Assembly: GCA_965603825.1 (NCBI GenBank)
Contig: CBFDEM010000004.1
Coordinates: forward strand, 930,001 to 994,000
Origin: Blepharisma stoltei ATCC 30299
Lineage: Eukaryota > Protista > Ciliophora
DNA length: 64,000 nt
Direction of reading: 5' to 3'
Under the pieces are notes generated by a model. That model was not told the DNA's origin, ran no database searches, and saw nothing but the letters and a program-made list of their open reading frames with translations. The first letter of the stretch is position 1, and each line of letters begins with the position of its first letter. Made by a program: the position numbers and the translations under genes. Below are positions 1 to 13,091 of this stretch, in pieces.

Positions 1-327
1 ACGAGCTTCTTGTCTCTTCTAATATTTCCATCGACTGAAAAAACGCTGTCCAAAAAAAGCTCTCCACAGTCAAAATCCTAAAAAAAGAAAAAAAACACAT
101 GAAATTGCCTCGAAAATCGTTAAAATTTATCAAATGTGAAAACAAAGAGCCTTTATATTCCCCTACAATGTCCCAGGTTTTTTTAAAAAGAAGTTTAAAC
201 TCCAAGTCAAATACCTCGTCTCCTCACATTTTTGATGTCAGTGATATGTTTAACATTTCAAGTGGCAAAATTAAGCTGAAAAGATAGTAAAATCTCTATA
301 ATTTCCTTTATTTACCTTATTTAATAA

Positions 328-2850
<2,523 letters not shown>

Positions 2851-2879
2851 TTATTTAAGTTAAATCTCTATTAAACCAA

Positions 2880-4235
2880 TTAACTTCTTCTATTCCTCGG
2901 GCTATCTGACATTGCGAAATATTGGTTTACCGTCGAGTTTACCTGGACCCTCATTTCTTCTTTCATTTCTCTGTTCATCCACATCCTATAGAATACAGCA
3001 ATTGCGCCTATAAGCGCAAAGGACAAAATTAGTATAAAAATTATGGTAGAGTTAGAAGATTCTGCTTTTTCTGGGGACTGGTCTTGGCTACAGAGATCAG
3101 GCTCTTGGTAAGCCCCGTAGCCTGCACATAAAGCTTTTAGTATAGCAGAGGATTCCCAGTCGCCTCGGTAGGTAAAATTATTTACTATAAGGGCTGGGTA
3201 AAAGGACAGACCAAGCTTACCCCATGTGTTGAATTCGTCACGGAGTAGGGTGTTGTCGTCTAAAATTGGCCTTTTATTGCCAATAAAGCTGTCGTCCATG
3301 CATTTTTTGATTTTTTTGTGGTCAATTCCGGCGTCTTTTAGGAATTTTTCTGTGCAGGCTTCCATGTCTTCGCAGGTTGTATTGTAGGATTTCATGTATT
3401 TAAACCAGAGAGAGTAGTCTTGATCGTTTTCTGTTTGCTTGTAGATACAAATCTGCCTTAAATTTTCAATCACGACGTCTCTGCCTGTCCTAGGGCCATT
3501 TCCATCAGGATCTGGGGCACAGTATCTTCCTCCGCTTACACAGTTTGAATTGTCACTAGTAAAGCCATGGTTAGCACAATCGTCACAGTACCAAAGTACA
3601 TAATGCGGCACAAATGTGGCTTGTTTTTTGGTCAATTTCGCTCCAACATTATAAAACTGATGCAAAAAATTCTGAATTTTTACGTTTTCTGAGGACATCC
3701 AAATATCATAATTTATATGTCCATCACGATAAGGAACCTCAAAAGAAAGCATCAAGGACACAGCTTCTTTCTTTTCCTCCAAATACAATTTTAATAAATT
3801 TCCATCAGACTCAGATATAAGTAAAGTAGGTATATAAATATTCCCACCAGTTCCTGAATCAATCATAATCACATTTTCAGGGTTTTCTTCTCTGTTATCG
3901 ATCACTATCAACGCTTTAGCTCCAATATCTTGGGCATGTCTAGCTTTAACTACAAATGGGCAATCTCCTCGTTCTACAAGCAAAATTGGCGAATTTATAG
4001 ACTCTTCATCATTCCAATTGAAAGGGGTGATGGCATCACATGCAAGCTTTTCAGCTTCTCGGTAAAAAACACGTCCTACAATAGAAGATCCATAGGGAGG
4101 ATTTCCAAAATTAGCCAATGAGCTTTTAAGTCCACTGTGAGAATAACGATTTCTGACAGCTTCTTTTAGTTCAGCAGGGGCATATACGAGAATTTTGCAG
4201 AAAGCTACACTTATAAGGAGAAATAAAAAATACAT
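2880..4235 (-). CDS. Vacuolar sorting receptor-like type I membrane protein (PA domain), 451 aa
   Basis: Signal peptide; ANFGNPPYG; LVERGDCPFVVKARHAQ (PA domain); GGRYCAPDPD; DVVIENLRQICI; one TM; cytosolic YFAM (YxxPhi) motif; no EGF repeats. Confidence 0.88.
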   Translation of the reverse strand: MYFLFLLISVAFCKILVYAPAELKEAVRNRYSHSGLKSSLANFGNPPYGSSIVGRVFYREAEKLACDAITPFNWNDEESINSPILLVERGDCPFVVKARHAQDIGAKALIVIDNREENPENVIMIDSGTGGNIYIPTLLISESDGNLLKLYLEEKKEAVSLMLSFEVPYRDGHINYDIWMSSENVKIQNFLHQFYNVGAKLTKKQATFVPHYVLWYCDDCANHGFTSDNSNCVSGGRYCAPDPDGNGPRTGRDVVIENLRQICIYKQTENDQDYSLWFKYMKSYNTTCEDMEACTEKFLKDAGIDHKKIKKCMDDSFIGNKRPILDDNTLLRDEFNTWGKLGLSFYPALIVNNFTYRGDWESSAILKALCAGYGAYQEPDLCSQDQSPEKAESSNSTIIFILILSFALIGAIAVFYRMWMNREMKEEMRVQVNSTVNQYFAMSDSPRNRRS

Positions 4236-4247
4236 TTTATTATAAAA

Positions 4248-4670
4248 ATGAGCTCAGATGATGTGGGAGTAAGACTATCACAAAAATTATTACAAGGATG
4301 GTGCATGCTTAATAAAAATTGTGAAGAATGCTATACTCCAATAATGAAAAAAGACAATAAAGAATACTGCTGTGGCTGTCAGAGGTTTCTTGAAGAAGAA
4401 AAAAAGTCTGAGCCTACACAAGTCATAGAAAAGCCAGAAATCAGTCACAAAAATGATACACATAACCAAGAGGACAATAAAACCCCAGAAATCACCGATT
4501 CTACAAGTATATATCACGATTTTCCAGACATAAAAACAGTCAGAGAAAATATCTTTAATAAAATGCTAGAACTTTCTAACCATTTGCCAAGAATAAAAGA
4601 CTATTCAGAAATCTCAAAACTCTTAAAAATGATCAGTGACTGTGACTCCCTCTTACGGCAGCTTAAATAA
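4248..4670 (+). CDS. ZNRD2: SSSCA1/ZNRD2-like zinc-ribbon protein, 140 aa
   Basis: LSQKLLQGWCMLNKNCEECYTPIM...YCCGC matches the Auto_anti-p27 domain pattern. Confidence 0.8.
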   Translation: MSSDDVGVRLSQKLLQGWCMLNKNCEECYTPIMKKDNKEYCCGCQRFLEEEKKSEPTQVIEKPEISHKNDTHNQEDNKTPEITDSTSIYHDFPDIKTVRENIFNKMLELSNHLPRIKDYSEISKLLKMISDCDSLLRQLK

Positions 4671-4695
4671 CCCTTCTAATTATCCTTAATTAATC

Positions 4696-5331
4696 CTAAT
4701 AAAACACAAACTGCTCATCCCAGCCTTTTTCCATAGCCTTATTTTTCCTTATCCTCCCTGACCTCCTCACTTTTTCCATCTCAATTTTTACCTCCACATT
4801 TTTACCTGAAATTCTTTTTTTGACAATAATTTCTTCAATTTTTTCATTTTTTGAAGCTTTTTTCATTTCTTCAGCCTGTAGCATTTGTTTTGTTTTGGAT
4901 TTTTTTTTAATGCACTTTTTGCAGAACCATTCTTCAAGGATAGGAATATGGCTTAAATTTATGCAGGAAATATGGAAACCTTTATTGCAGGAGTCACAGA
5001 GGAGTAAGTTTTCTTCGTCATTAGAAAGGTGGCAGATCTGGCAGGCAAGGTCACGGTAGGGATCGTCAATGGCGCCATCTGATTGGTCTTTGTCTTCTAC
5101 AAAAAATAATTTAAAGGAGGAAAGATTGATATAGGAATGGTATCTTTCGTTGCAAAGAGGGCATTTATTTGTGATCTCTGATCATCGAGTTATACAGATA
5201 ATGCAAAATTGATTGTGACCACAGGTATCGAGGGAGACTTTTATTAAATTTTCTAATGGTTCTAAACATATGAGGCATCTGTCTTTTTGAGCATTGATAG
5301 CTATTTTTCTGGAATTCCGGGTTTTACGCAT
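4696..5331 (-). CDS. RING plus PHD finger protein (PHRF1/Asr1-like), 211 aa; mostly missed by the ORF track
   Basis: With TGA=Trp (5182-5184): CLICLE..TCGHNQFCIICITRWSEITNKCPLC (RING), then CQIC..LLLCDSCNKGFHISC..EEWFCKKC (PHD), in frame with the 4696..4884 ORF. Confidence 0.88.
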
Positions 5332-5514
5332 AATTGATTATTTATAAGCCCCCGATGATTAAAATCCTATATAAATATTATTTAAATAAATCATAATTTT
5401 CTATAAGAATTGCACTTTTTCTATTATTTTTAATCAAAATTCTTGAAAATTAAGCCAGAAATGATTTTCACATAGGATTTTCGTTAGTTTTCTCTGTATC
5501 AATGTGGATAAAAA

Positions 5515-6771
5515 ATGCTCACAGGTTTAGGTCGCAGATTTTTTCGAAGGTCTTTGATTCTAAACAGACTAGAAACCTTCATGATTCCTCAGCCTGGCGA
5601 AGGCATTGCTGAGGTTGAAATCCAGCACTGGCTTATAAAACCTGGAGAGGCAGTCAAAGAATTCCAAGTTTTGTGTGAAGCAAGAAGTGACAAAGGATTT
5701 ATTGAATATAAAAGCCCTTTTGATGGGACAATTAAGGAGTATTTTTTCAATGCAAACCAAATGGCACCGATTGGGTCACCTTTATTTAAAATAGAAATTG
5801 ATGATGGGAAATATCCAATTAAAGGACAAGCAAAAAAAGTGGAAGAAAGTAGTGGGGAAGCTGCTAACGAAAACGTGGCAAAAGAATCGGGCAGCAAAGC
5901 TTCGAAAATACTAGCAACTCCATCTGTGAGGCATCTTGCGAAGCAAAAAGGAATTGATATATCAACTATACCGTCAACTGGAAGAGATGGGAGAGTTCTC
6001 AAAGAAGATTTATTAAGATATTTAGAAGAACCTTCCCATGTAAGCCCACCAGTAAGACCTCAAATTGCAGTCGAAGCCCAAGATAAAGTATCAAAACTCT
6101 CTGGTCTCCAAAAAGGCATGTGCAAAACAATGACAGAAGCTTTACTATTTCCTCATTTAACTTATTGTGAGGACGTTTATATGGACACACTAATAGAGCT
6201 CAGAAAAATGATAAAAACGACCCTGACTGATGTGAAGCTCACATTTATGCCATTCTTCATAAAAGCTTTATCTCTTGCAATCTACGATTTTCCAATAGTA
6301 AACGCCAGCTTTATTAATAATAACACTGAGTTTGTTATGAAAGCTTCTCATAATGTAAGCGTCGCAATGGACAGCAGAGCAGGACTGCTTGTCCCGAATA
6401 TTAAAAATTGCCAGAATTTGTCAATCTATGAAATTGCAGTAGAAATGGCAAGACTGCAGGACTTAGGGACAAAAGGAAAAATTGGGCAAAGCGATTTGGA
6501 AGGAGGGACTATTTGTTTATCAAATATTGGGTCAATTGGTGGGACTTATACAGCTCCAGTAATTTTGCCTCCTCAAGTATTAATTGGAGGCTTAGGAGCT
6601 ATTAGACCTCGACTTGAGAAAAAGAAAGGAGAAATCGTTGAAAGACAAGTTTTAGGCTCTTCCTGGTCAGCTGATCATAGACTGCTAGATGGCGCAACTG
6701 TAGCAAAGTTTGTCGCAAGATGGAAAGAACTTTTAGAAAATCCTTCATTGATGCTCTTGCATCTTAAATAA
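5515..6771 (+). CDS. DBT: Branched-chain alpha-keto acid dehydrogenase E2 (dihydrolipoamide acyltransferase), mitochondrial, 418 aa
   Basis: Transit peptide; lipoyl domain (EARSDK); E3-binding domain (ATPSVRHLA..GRDGRVLKED); catalytic WSADHR. Confidence 0.9.
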   Translation: MLTGLGRRFFRRSLILNRLETFMIPQPGEGIAEVEIQHWLIKPGEAVKEFQVLCEARSDKGFIEYKSPFDGTIKEYFFNANQMAPIGSPLFKIEIDDGKYPIKGQAKKVEESSGEAANENVAKESGSKASKILATPSVRHLAKQKGIDISTIPSTGRDGRVLKEDLLRYLEEPSHVSPPVRPQIAVEAQDKVSKLSGLQKGMCKTMTEALLFPHLTYCEDVYMDTLIELRKMIKTTLTDVKLTFMPFFIKALSLAIYDFPIVNASFINNNTEFVMKASHNVSVAMDSRAGLLVPNIKNCQNLSIYEIAVEMARLQDLGTKGKIGQSDLEGGTICLSNIGSIGGTYTAPVILPPQVLIGGLGAIRPRLEKKKGEIVERQVLGSSWSADHRLLDGATVAKFVARWKELLENPSLMLLHLK

Positions 6772-7576
6772 AATATGAGAATAATTATTATTCTAATAAA
6801 TCTCCATTTCTTCACCTGCTTTATTTTTCAACAATATCAAACATATCCAAAAATCCAATAATGATAGGAATCTACAGAAAAATAAGCAGAGATAGCTAAA
6901 TCTATTTTTATTAGATTTTTAGATTATTTTTTAAGAATACAAGTATTAATGCTGATCTTTCAGGCTATAAATAGGAAATTATAGAAATGAAATTAACTTT
7001 TAAGTTTTTGATACCATTAATTTGAAATACAATTATGATTGAGAAATTATTGAAACTCATTTGACCCAAAAATTGGATTTGCAAATTATCAATTATTACT
7101 AATAAAACTTCCAGAATCAAATTCTCGAAAAAAAAATTAAAACACAGCAAATATCTTTTGAAATAAAATCAGCTGCCTTAAAATAACCCGCCAATCTAAT
7201 TCAATCACACTTTTGAGCGTAATAGCCCACTAATCCACATATTTTTTTCAATCTGACCAATAAAGAAAACATCAAAATTCTCTTGATTTTCCTAACTTTA
7301 TATAATAATTTATTACCTTCAGCCGATCCTTTCCTAAGCCAACTCTTTTGGCTTGCTACGCATATGAGCTTTTTTAAATTTAAAATTGCCCCTTTTAAGT
7401 AATATATTTTTCTATTTTTACCCCGAAACCATGCTGCCAAAACCCCTCCACAAAACTTCTTAAAATTCTTGGTTGATTATAAATACCCAAACAAATTATA
7501 ATGAAAACACCAAATAGGTTAGAATTAGATTATGACATACTTGATCAGCTTTATAAATCTGAACTAAAAACCTAAA

Positions 7577-9359
7577 ATGCAATCATCAAATATTCTTTCT
7601 CATATTCTATCCTATCTAACCTATCAAGAATTGCTGGCATGTAGCTGTCTTAACAAACATTTTCAAGCCCTTTGCAATAACACATTTTTATGGCGTCGAG
7701 AAGCACTAAGAATCGGCATAGGAAATCTTGAGCTATTTGGCGAACCTTTGTTAGGCATTCAAAATTCACAAAAGTCTTCGTCGTCATCAAAATGGAAAGA
7801 GCTGCTGAGAGGACTCATTGAATCTAAAAAATATTGGCCAACAGATCATTCTGTTCTGGAGCCTTCAGACACCAATAATTTGGTTAAAGAATTTTTAAGT
7901 ATATTGAGAGAGCCTCAGATGCCTCCTCCGACGTTAAGAAGAGAATCCAAATGTCTGCCAACAATCTTCCAAGAATTGCTAACATATTACCTTATTGATG
8001 AATCGCCAGCAGCCTTGCCAAGTTTTGATGACTTTATGACTGAAGACATACTTGCAAAGCTTTTTGACTGGTCAGAAAGGCTAGAAAATGAGGTATGGGA
8101 TATTTAGTTCAAAGGCTCTGTAGAAAAAAACCAATTTACTATAGCAAGGTGGGCATTGAAAGATCCAAAATTTGATTCATGGACTTTAAGCCCTTTCAGG
8201 CTGTCTATAGAGTCTACAACTGATACTTATGATCAAGAAGACGACCTTTGCCAGCTTAGTCAAAAATTTCCTTTAAAAAATTCATCCCCATTCCTAATCA
8301 AACTTTATTACGCTATTAAGAAAACTTCATCAGTTCACAGTAAACTTATCCTTGCCTCAATTCTTGAAAATGAAGATGACCTAAGCCTTTGTAATGATTA
8401 TATCACAAAAGTAACCTTTAATTCAGTGAAACTCCTATTGCGCTTCCATCAAAGAACTCAACCAAAAATACCAAGCCTTCTGTACCCTTTTCAACGAAAT
8501 CTTCAACAAAACCCACGAAAAGACTCCAAATTTCCCTCCCTTTTCTCTGCTGAGGCCTATGGTTTTTCAATGGAAACGAAAAGTCTTTGAAACGGTAAAG
8601 GATAAATTAATTAATACAGCTTTGGACTTGTTAAATAAGTGAAGAAGTGACCAAATTGATGAAGAGTTGAGTTATCTTCTAATAAAAATCGTTCAAGCAT
8701 TAATTGACCATAGCGTTAATGAGTTGAATGTGCGTTTTCTTGATCATTCTCAGTTCTATACTGATGGAATCTATGAAATTTTACATCAAAAAACGGTTGT
8801 TGCAACTTTAGAATACTATAAAACCCTTAAAAATTTGCCGGCTGATAAGCTTTCAGAAGCTTTGGAGAAGGACATGAATATTATTCAAAGGGTTTTTCTT
8901 AAAAGGACACAAATTGAAATAGAGAAAATAAGAAATGAAATAGAAATTTCTGCTTGGAAAAGCTGTTTTTGTGAGAGCTATAAAGAGTTTAAAGCAGGAA
9001 TTTGTTGTGTAAATTCAAATGTGACCGAAAATTTACTTGATAGTGAGTTTGGGAGGATTCTTTTCAATGTGGATTTTAATAAAAACAGGATAAGGCAGTT
9101 TATTGAAACTCTTCAGTGGAGAAATGATAAAATGGTTGAAAATATTCAGCATTTTTTGAAGTTGGTAATAATAACATAGTTTGAACGTAAAGTTGAGCTT
9201 CAAGAAAAACTGATTGATGATTTAATTATTGAAGAGGAAAACGAACAGTGCGGCTTTATGCTTGAACAAAGTCCTGAAGAAAGGATTCTTTTTTCACTAA
9301 CCAATGATATTAGTCCCCAGCAGTTCATGGGAATTGTGATCAATACGGATTTATTGTAA
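7577..9359 (+). CDS. F-box protein with cullin-repeat-like domain, ~578 aa, three tiny introns
   Basis: N-terminal F-box (ILSHILSYL..QELLACSCLNKHF..LW). Introns 8093-8107, 8411-8426 and 9165-9179 plus two TGA=Trp join three ORF fragments into one frame ending TAA at 9359. Confidence 0.8.
8093..8107 (+). other. 15-nt spliceosomal intron
   Basis: GTATGGGATATTTAG; removal restores the frame. Confidence 0.85.
8411..8426 (+). other. 16-nt spliceosomal intron
   Basis: GTAACCTTTAATTCAG; removal shifts into the cullin-like frame. Confidence 0.85.
9165..9179 (+). other. 15-nt spliceosomal intron
   Basis: GTAATAATAACATAG; an open frame follows to TAA at 9359. Confidence 0.75.
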
Positions 9360-9531
9360 GGTTAATTAAATTGGATATTCATTTATTAAATGAATAAAGG
9401 ATAACTAAGGTCGTTAGAGCAGTTTAAGTAGTGATCGAGGTGATAAACCATCAAGTTTAAGATCGTCTGACATTAGATTTGTGAGAAATTAGTCAAAAAA
9501 AGGTTGCTTAGCAAATATTTATTACATTAAA

Positions 9532-10263
9532 TTAATAATAAGCTACATTAGAAGCAAGTCTGCTCATAACTTGTTTTGTCCTATCATTTTGTTTAATACT
9601 TGAAAAAAGCTTATCTGGGCTTAAACTTCTCCTAGGAGATATTGAGGTATCACACACTCCTAAAAATTTATGTCCTTTTCCTTTTAATTCAGAACGAGAA
9701 CGAGGTATCGGCGAACTACTAAAAATGGTCATTTTTGACCTAGGGCTTATTTCTACTGTGTAGGGTTTAAAAATATTTGCCTTTGAGATGCTTGAATTTC
9801 CTTTGTTTTTTTCTTTAAATTTCAGCCCATTCCCATGCAGATTTTTATAGCTTTCATAATAAAGTTTTGGCAGTTTCGGAGTTTTACATTCTAATGCTGG
9901 ATTTTTCGCTATTTCTTGTTTTAACCTTGGTAAAGATTTTGGTCTACAAGCCAATTGGTTAAAAGGTTTAGAGCTGATTTTTCGCAAAACTGGCTGCTGC
10001 TGATCTAAAAAGTCATAGACAAAGGAAGGAATTGAGCTTCTTTTTCTCTTTTTAAGGGTTTTTTTAATTGAGTGTTTAGGCTTTTTATTTGTTAAGAATG
10101 AACGGAAAATTTCTTTATCTTTGTCATCAATATTTGTAACATAATCATCATAGCTCGTTTGGCCTTTAAGGTATTTAAGAGAAGCATTTAAAGTCTTCTG
10201 TGATAAGCTGAGGCCGCGATAATTTTGAAAAACTGATTTGTCAATTTTAGAAGAGAAATTCAT
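9532..10263 (-). CDS. Hypothetical basic, Ser-rich protein, 243 aa
   Basis: Long ORF with AAAATC-ATG start context and TAA stop; no recognised domain. Confidence 0.65.
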   Translation of the reverse strand: MNFSSKIDKSVFQNYRGLSLSQKTLNASLKYLKGQTSYDDYVTNIDDKDKEIFRSFLTNKKPKHSIKKTLKKRKRSSIPSFVYDFLDQQQPVLRKISSKPFNQLACRPKSLPRLKQEIAKNPALECKTPKLPKLYYESYKNLHGNGLKFKEKNKGNSSISKANIFKPYTVEISPRSKMTIFSSSPIPRSRSELKGKGHKFLGVCDTSISPRRSLSPDKLFSSIKQNDRTKQVMSRLASNVAYY

Positions 10264-10714
10264 GATTTTAATTTTTAATTTATTTCTTTTAGTTTATTTT
10301 TTATTTAATCTACCTTTGGAGATAATTACGCAATTTGCTGGTATCATAGGTATATTAAACAAATTCAGTTTAATCTAAAACGCATTTAATTTGAAAATTA
10401 TAATTATTTCAGTTATCTCAAAATTAAAATATAATAATTAGTAAAGATCGATTATTTGTAATTTAATAAAGTTTATAAGAGCAAGTCATTATTTTGTATT
10501 TAAACTAATACCAAGACATTAATACATTAAATCTGATTGAATAGAAAAAATAAATATCTCGAAAATTCGCGATTTTCTTAAATGTTTTCTTAAAGTGTAA
10601 AAGCATCAATAATAAATACAGTAGTAAAGAAATTGCTTAAATTATTTATTTCACCTTAAGAATTATTTGAATTAATCTTAATTTTTCACATATTTTCATT
10701 TCTACGTAGTTAGC

Positions 10715-11014
10715 TTAATAAAGGAGATTTCCCTGAGGCTTAGCAACCATCTTCACGTAGTCTTTTCCTTTGGTAACTTCAATAGCATTAGGATCATTAT
10801 ATTTTTGGTCCTTCTTCTCCCAAGGATGCTTATAATGTCCGCTGTAGCGATAATAAGCTATATGATCTTCCTCAGCTTTTTGCTTTTGAGCACTTGTAAT
10901 CTTATACCAAGCAAAAAATCCTACTCCAGTGTAGATCCAAGAAAGAAAGAAAAGTTTGTGGGTAGCCCATGACAAGCCAGGAATCGCTCTAGGTAATGGA
11001 AGCTTGAAATTCAT
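10715..11014 (-). CDS. Small single-TM protein, 99 aa, possibly mitochondrial
   Basis: GC-richer ORF within AT-rich flanks; one hydrophobic helix (LFFLSWIYTGVGFFAWY). Confidence 0.65.
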   Translation of the reverse strand: MNFKLPLPRAIPGLSWATHKLFFLSWIYTGVGFFAWYKITSAQKQKAEEDHIAYYRYSGHYKHPWEKKDQKYNDPNAIEVTKGKDYVKMVAKPQGNLLY

Positions 11015-11278
11015 TTATTATTGATAAATGGTGAAGGGTAGTCATTATTATGATTTGCTATTCAAATATACGTGATTTAAGTGAAGATTAGATTTTTATA
11101 AAAAATTAATTAAAATTCGAATTAAAATAGATTAAACTTAGGCATAAATATAACGCAAACAATAAACTTAAGGTAAATGTCTTAAAAATTCTTACTGATT
11201 GAAATTAATAAGAAGTAAATTAATATCATATCAAAATATGCTGTAACTAAGTGAAAAATATTAAAATTAATCAAAAAA

Positions 11279-11659
11279 TTATAATTTAAAAATATTTGCA
11301 TCACGGTCTTTCAAAATTTTAGTTTTTGAAAAATTCTTGTTTATATCTAGAGCACTAATATTTGTCATTTTTTTCAATTGTCCCATCAAATTCGGATTCA
11401 AAAACTTTGTGTGCAGGATTGGGACATTTTCTTTATTTTCTGCACAATTTAAGACAGAGGCTGAACCTTTTGCTATTGTATTATTTCTTTTATGTGCAGG
11501 CCATTCAGGTGTTTTTTGTGTATCCATTTCAGAAATATTTCTAAAGTGCGACAAGGGTCGCTTGATGAATTTTTTCTTAATTACTGCTCTATCAAAAAAA
11601 TCTGGTGGAAAATGATCGCAGATAAGAGGCTCAGTTTTTCTTTTGAATGATATCGACAT
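11279..11659 (-). CDS. Hypothetical protein, 126 aa, contains a KEN motif
   Basis: ORF with AAAATG start context; NKENVP. Confidence 0.55.
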   Translation of the reverse strand: MSISFKRKTEPLICDHFPPDFFDRAVIKKKFIKRPLSHFRNISEMDTQKTPEWPAHKRNNTIAKGSASVLNCAENKENVPILHTKFLNPNLMGQLKKMTNISALDINKNFSKTKILKDRDANIFKL

Positions 11660-11737
11660 TTTATTTTAAATTAACGATAAGCGCTATATATGGAAATTCT
11701 GTCATTTATATGATTTATGCATTCATAACATTATCTA

Positions 11738-12724
11738 TTAAAAAGTGGCTCTGTAAAACAAAATATATCCACATGGAACTGACCCAATTTCTTTAGATGA
11801 CCCAAAAATGTGTTGGATTAAGGCTTCATCAACTTTTTCTACGTAATCGTCGTCAAATCTTATCCAATGCCCATGACTCTTAACAATTGCCATATAATGC
11901 CCATATTGAAATCCTGGGCCTAAATGCACAATGCATGCAAATAGCTCATAAAGTTTTTCTGGGCAATTATCAACTGTATTATTTAGCCTTAATTGGCTTG
12001 GAAACGCTACTCTATATGATAATTTTGTATATCTTCTAAGTTCATCTGAATATTTAAACCTTTTTAAATGACAAATCAAAATATTCGGTGGGTCTTTTAT
12101 CAGAGTCCTCGTCTGTGCTTCCTGTTTGCACGCACAAGTTTCACAGTAAAATTTATCAGCTCCACTTAAAGTTTCTATTTCAGAATACCGCTTCAGAGAA
12201 GAAAGAATTGAGCAATTTTGTTTGACGTCAAGACTCAGATCCATAAAAACTTCATCTCTATGTGTGACATTTTGACAGCAAAGGCATTTCGTCTGCGTTG
12301 TGAATTTCCCTTCAAAGAGCTGCTGAACCCAAGATTGGGAGCCTTGAGCTTTCAGTTCTTCGTCTAGTCTATTGATAAGTCATATTAAAAATTCATGAGA
12401 ATCATGATGATCATCGTTATCGAATAATTCGTTGAGAACTTTGCATTTTGACATGACGTTTTTGGTACTCATAACCCCTGTTTTCCGCTTAGAAGTAATC
12501 ATAGTGATATACAGTTCTTGAAGTTGTGACATCACGGTATCACGGGATGCGATTTTTTGATTGATCAAATATTTGCGAAAATCTTGGCAAAAGTATAAGG
12601 CTTGGAGCACAGAGTTGGCATAGCAGATATTGTCTTTGTTTTCAAAGCCTAAATAGCGCTCTGGAAGCTCTTCGCCGCATTGTTCGAAATCTTTTTCAAT
12701 TTTGCTTGGTCCGGTCCCTCCCAT
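11738..12724 (-). CDS. USP12: Ubiquitin-specific protease, USP12/USP46 family, 328 aa
   Basis: Cys box NICYANSVLQAL; DSHEFLIW(TGA 12380-12382)LIN; HLKRFKY; His box GHYM..W..FDD. The TGA joins the two ORF fragments in frame. Confidence 0.9.
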
Positions 12725-13091
12725 ACTCAGATTCCAATAGCAGATTATATATGGAATTTATTGAGGTTTTTCTGGGTAGGGCAGGGAAATTTATTAGTGG
12801 AATTTTAGATTATTGTAAAATATTGAGATGTGTCTAGGAGTATTTATTAGTAATTAATATGAAACTCTGCCAATTGAAACATGCTATTTTTAAGAAATAA
12901 ATATATATTTTTTTGAATTTAGCGTGAAAAATATTATAAAAATATTTCTTAATATAACCTAGTATGAAATTCTTTAAATTATTAACCGCGTCTTTATCAA
13001 ATTTATAATTTAAATCTAATATTTTAATTTTTCCTTACAATTGTAATTAAACCGCTCATTATATCATATTTTCTCACAATTTTTCAATAAT

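Noticed and set aside
99-287. 62-aa ORF upstream of calcyphosin
   Set aside because: AT-rich, no motif; probably promoter or intergenic sequence.
6780-7560. Minus-strand ORFs 6965..7150 and 7201..7440
   Set aside because: Non-ATG starts, no domain, and they cannot be joined with TGA=Trp or a consensus intron; treated as intergenic.
9385-9475. C/D-box snoRNA-like words (TGATCGA...CTGA) between convergent genes
   Set aside because: The C box is imperfect, the spacing is short and no guide complementarity could be identified.
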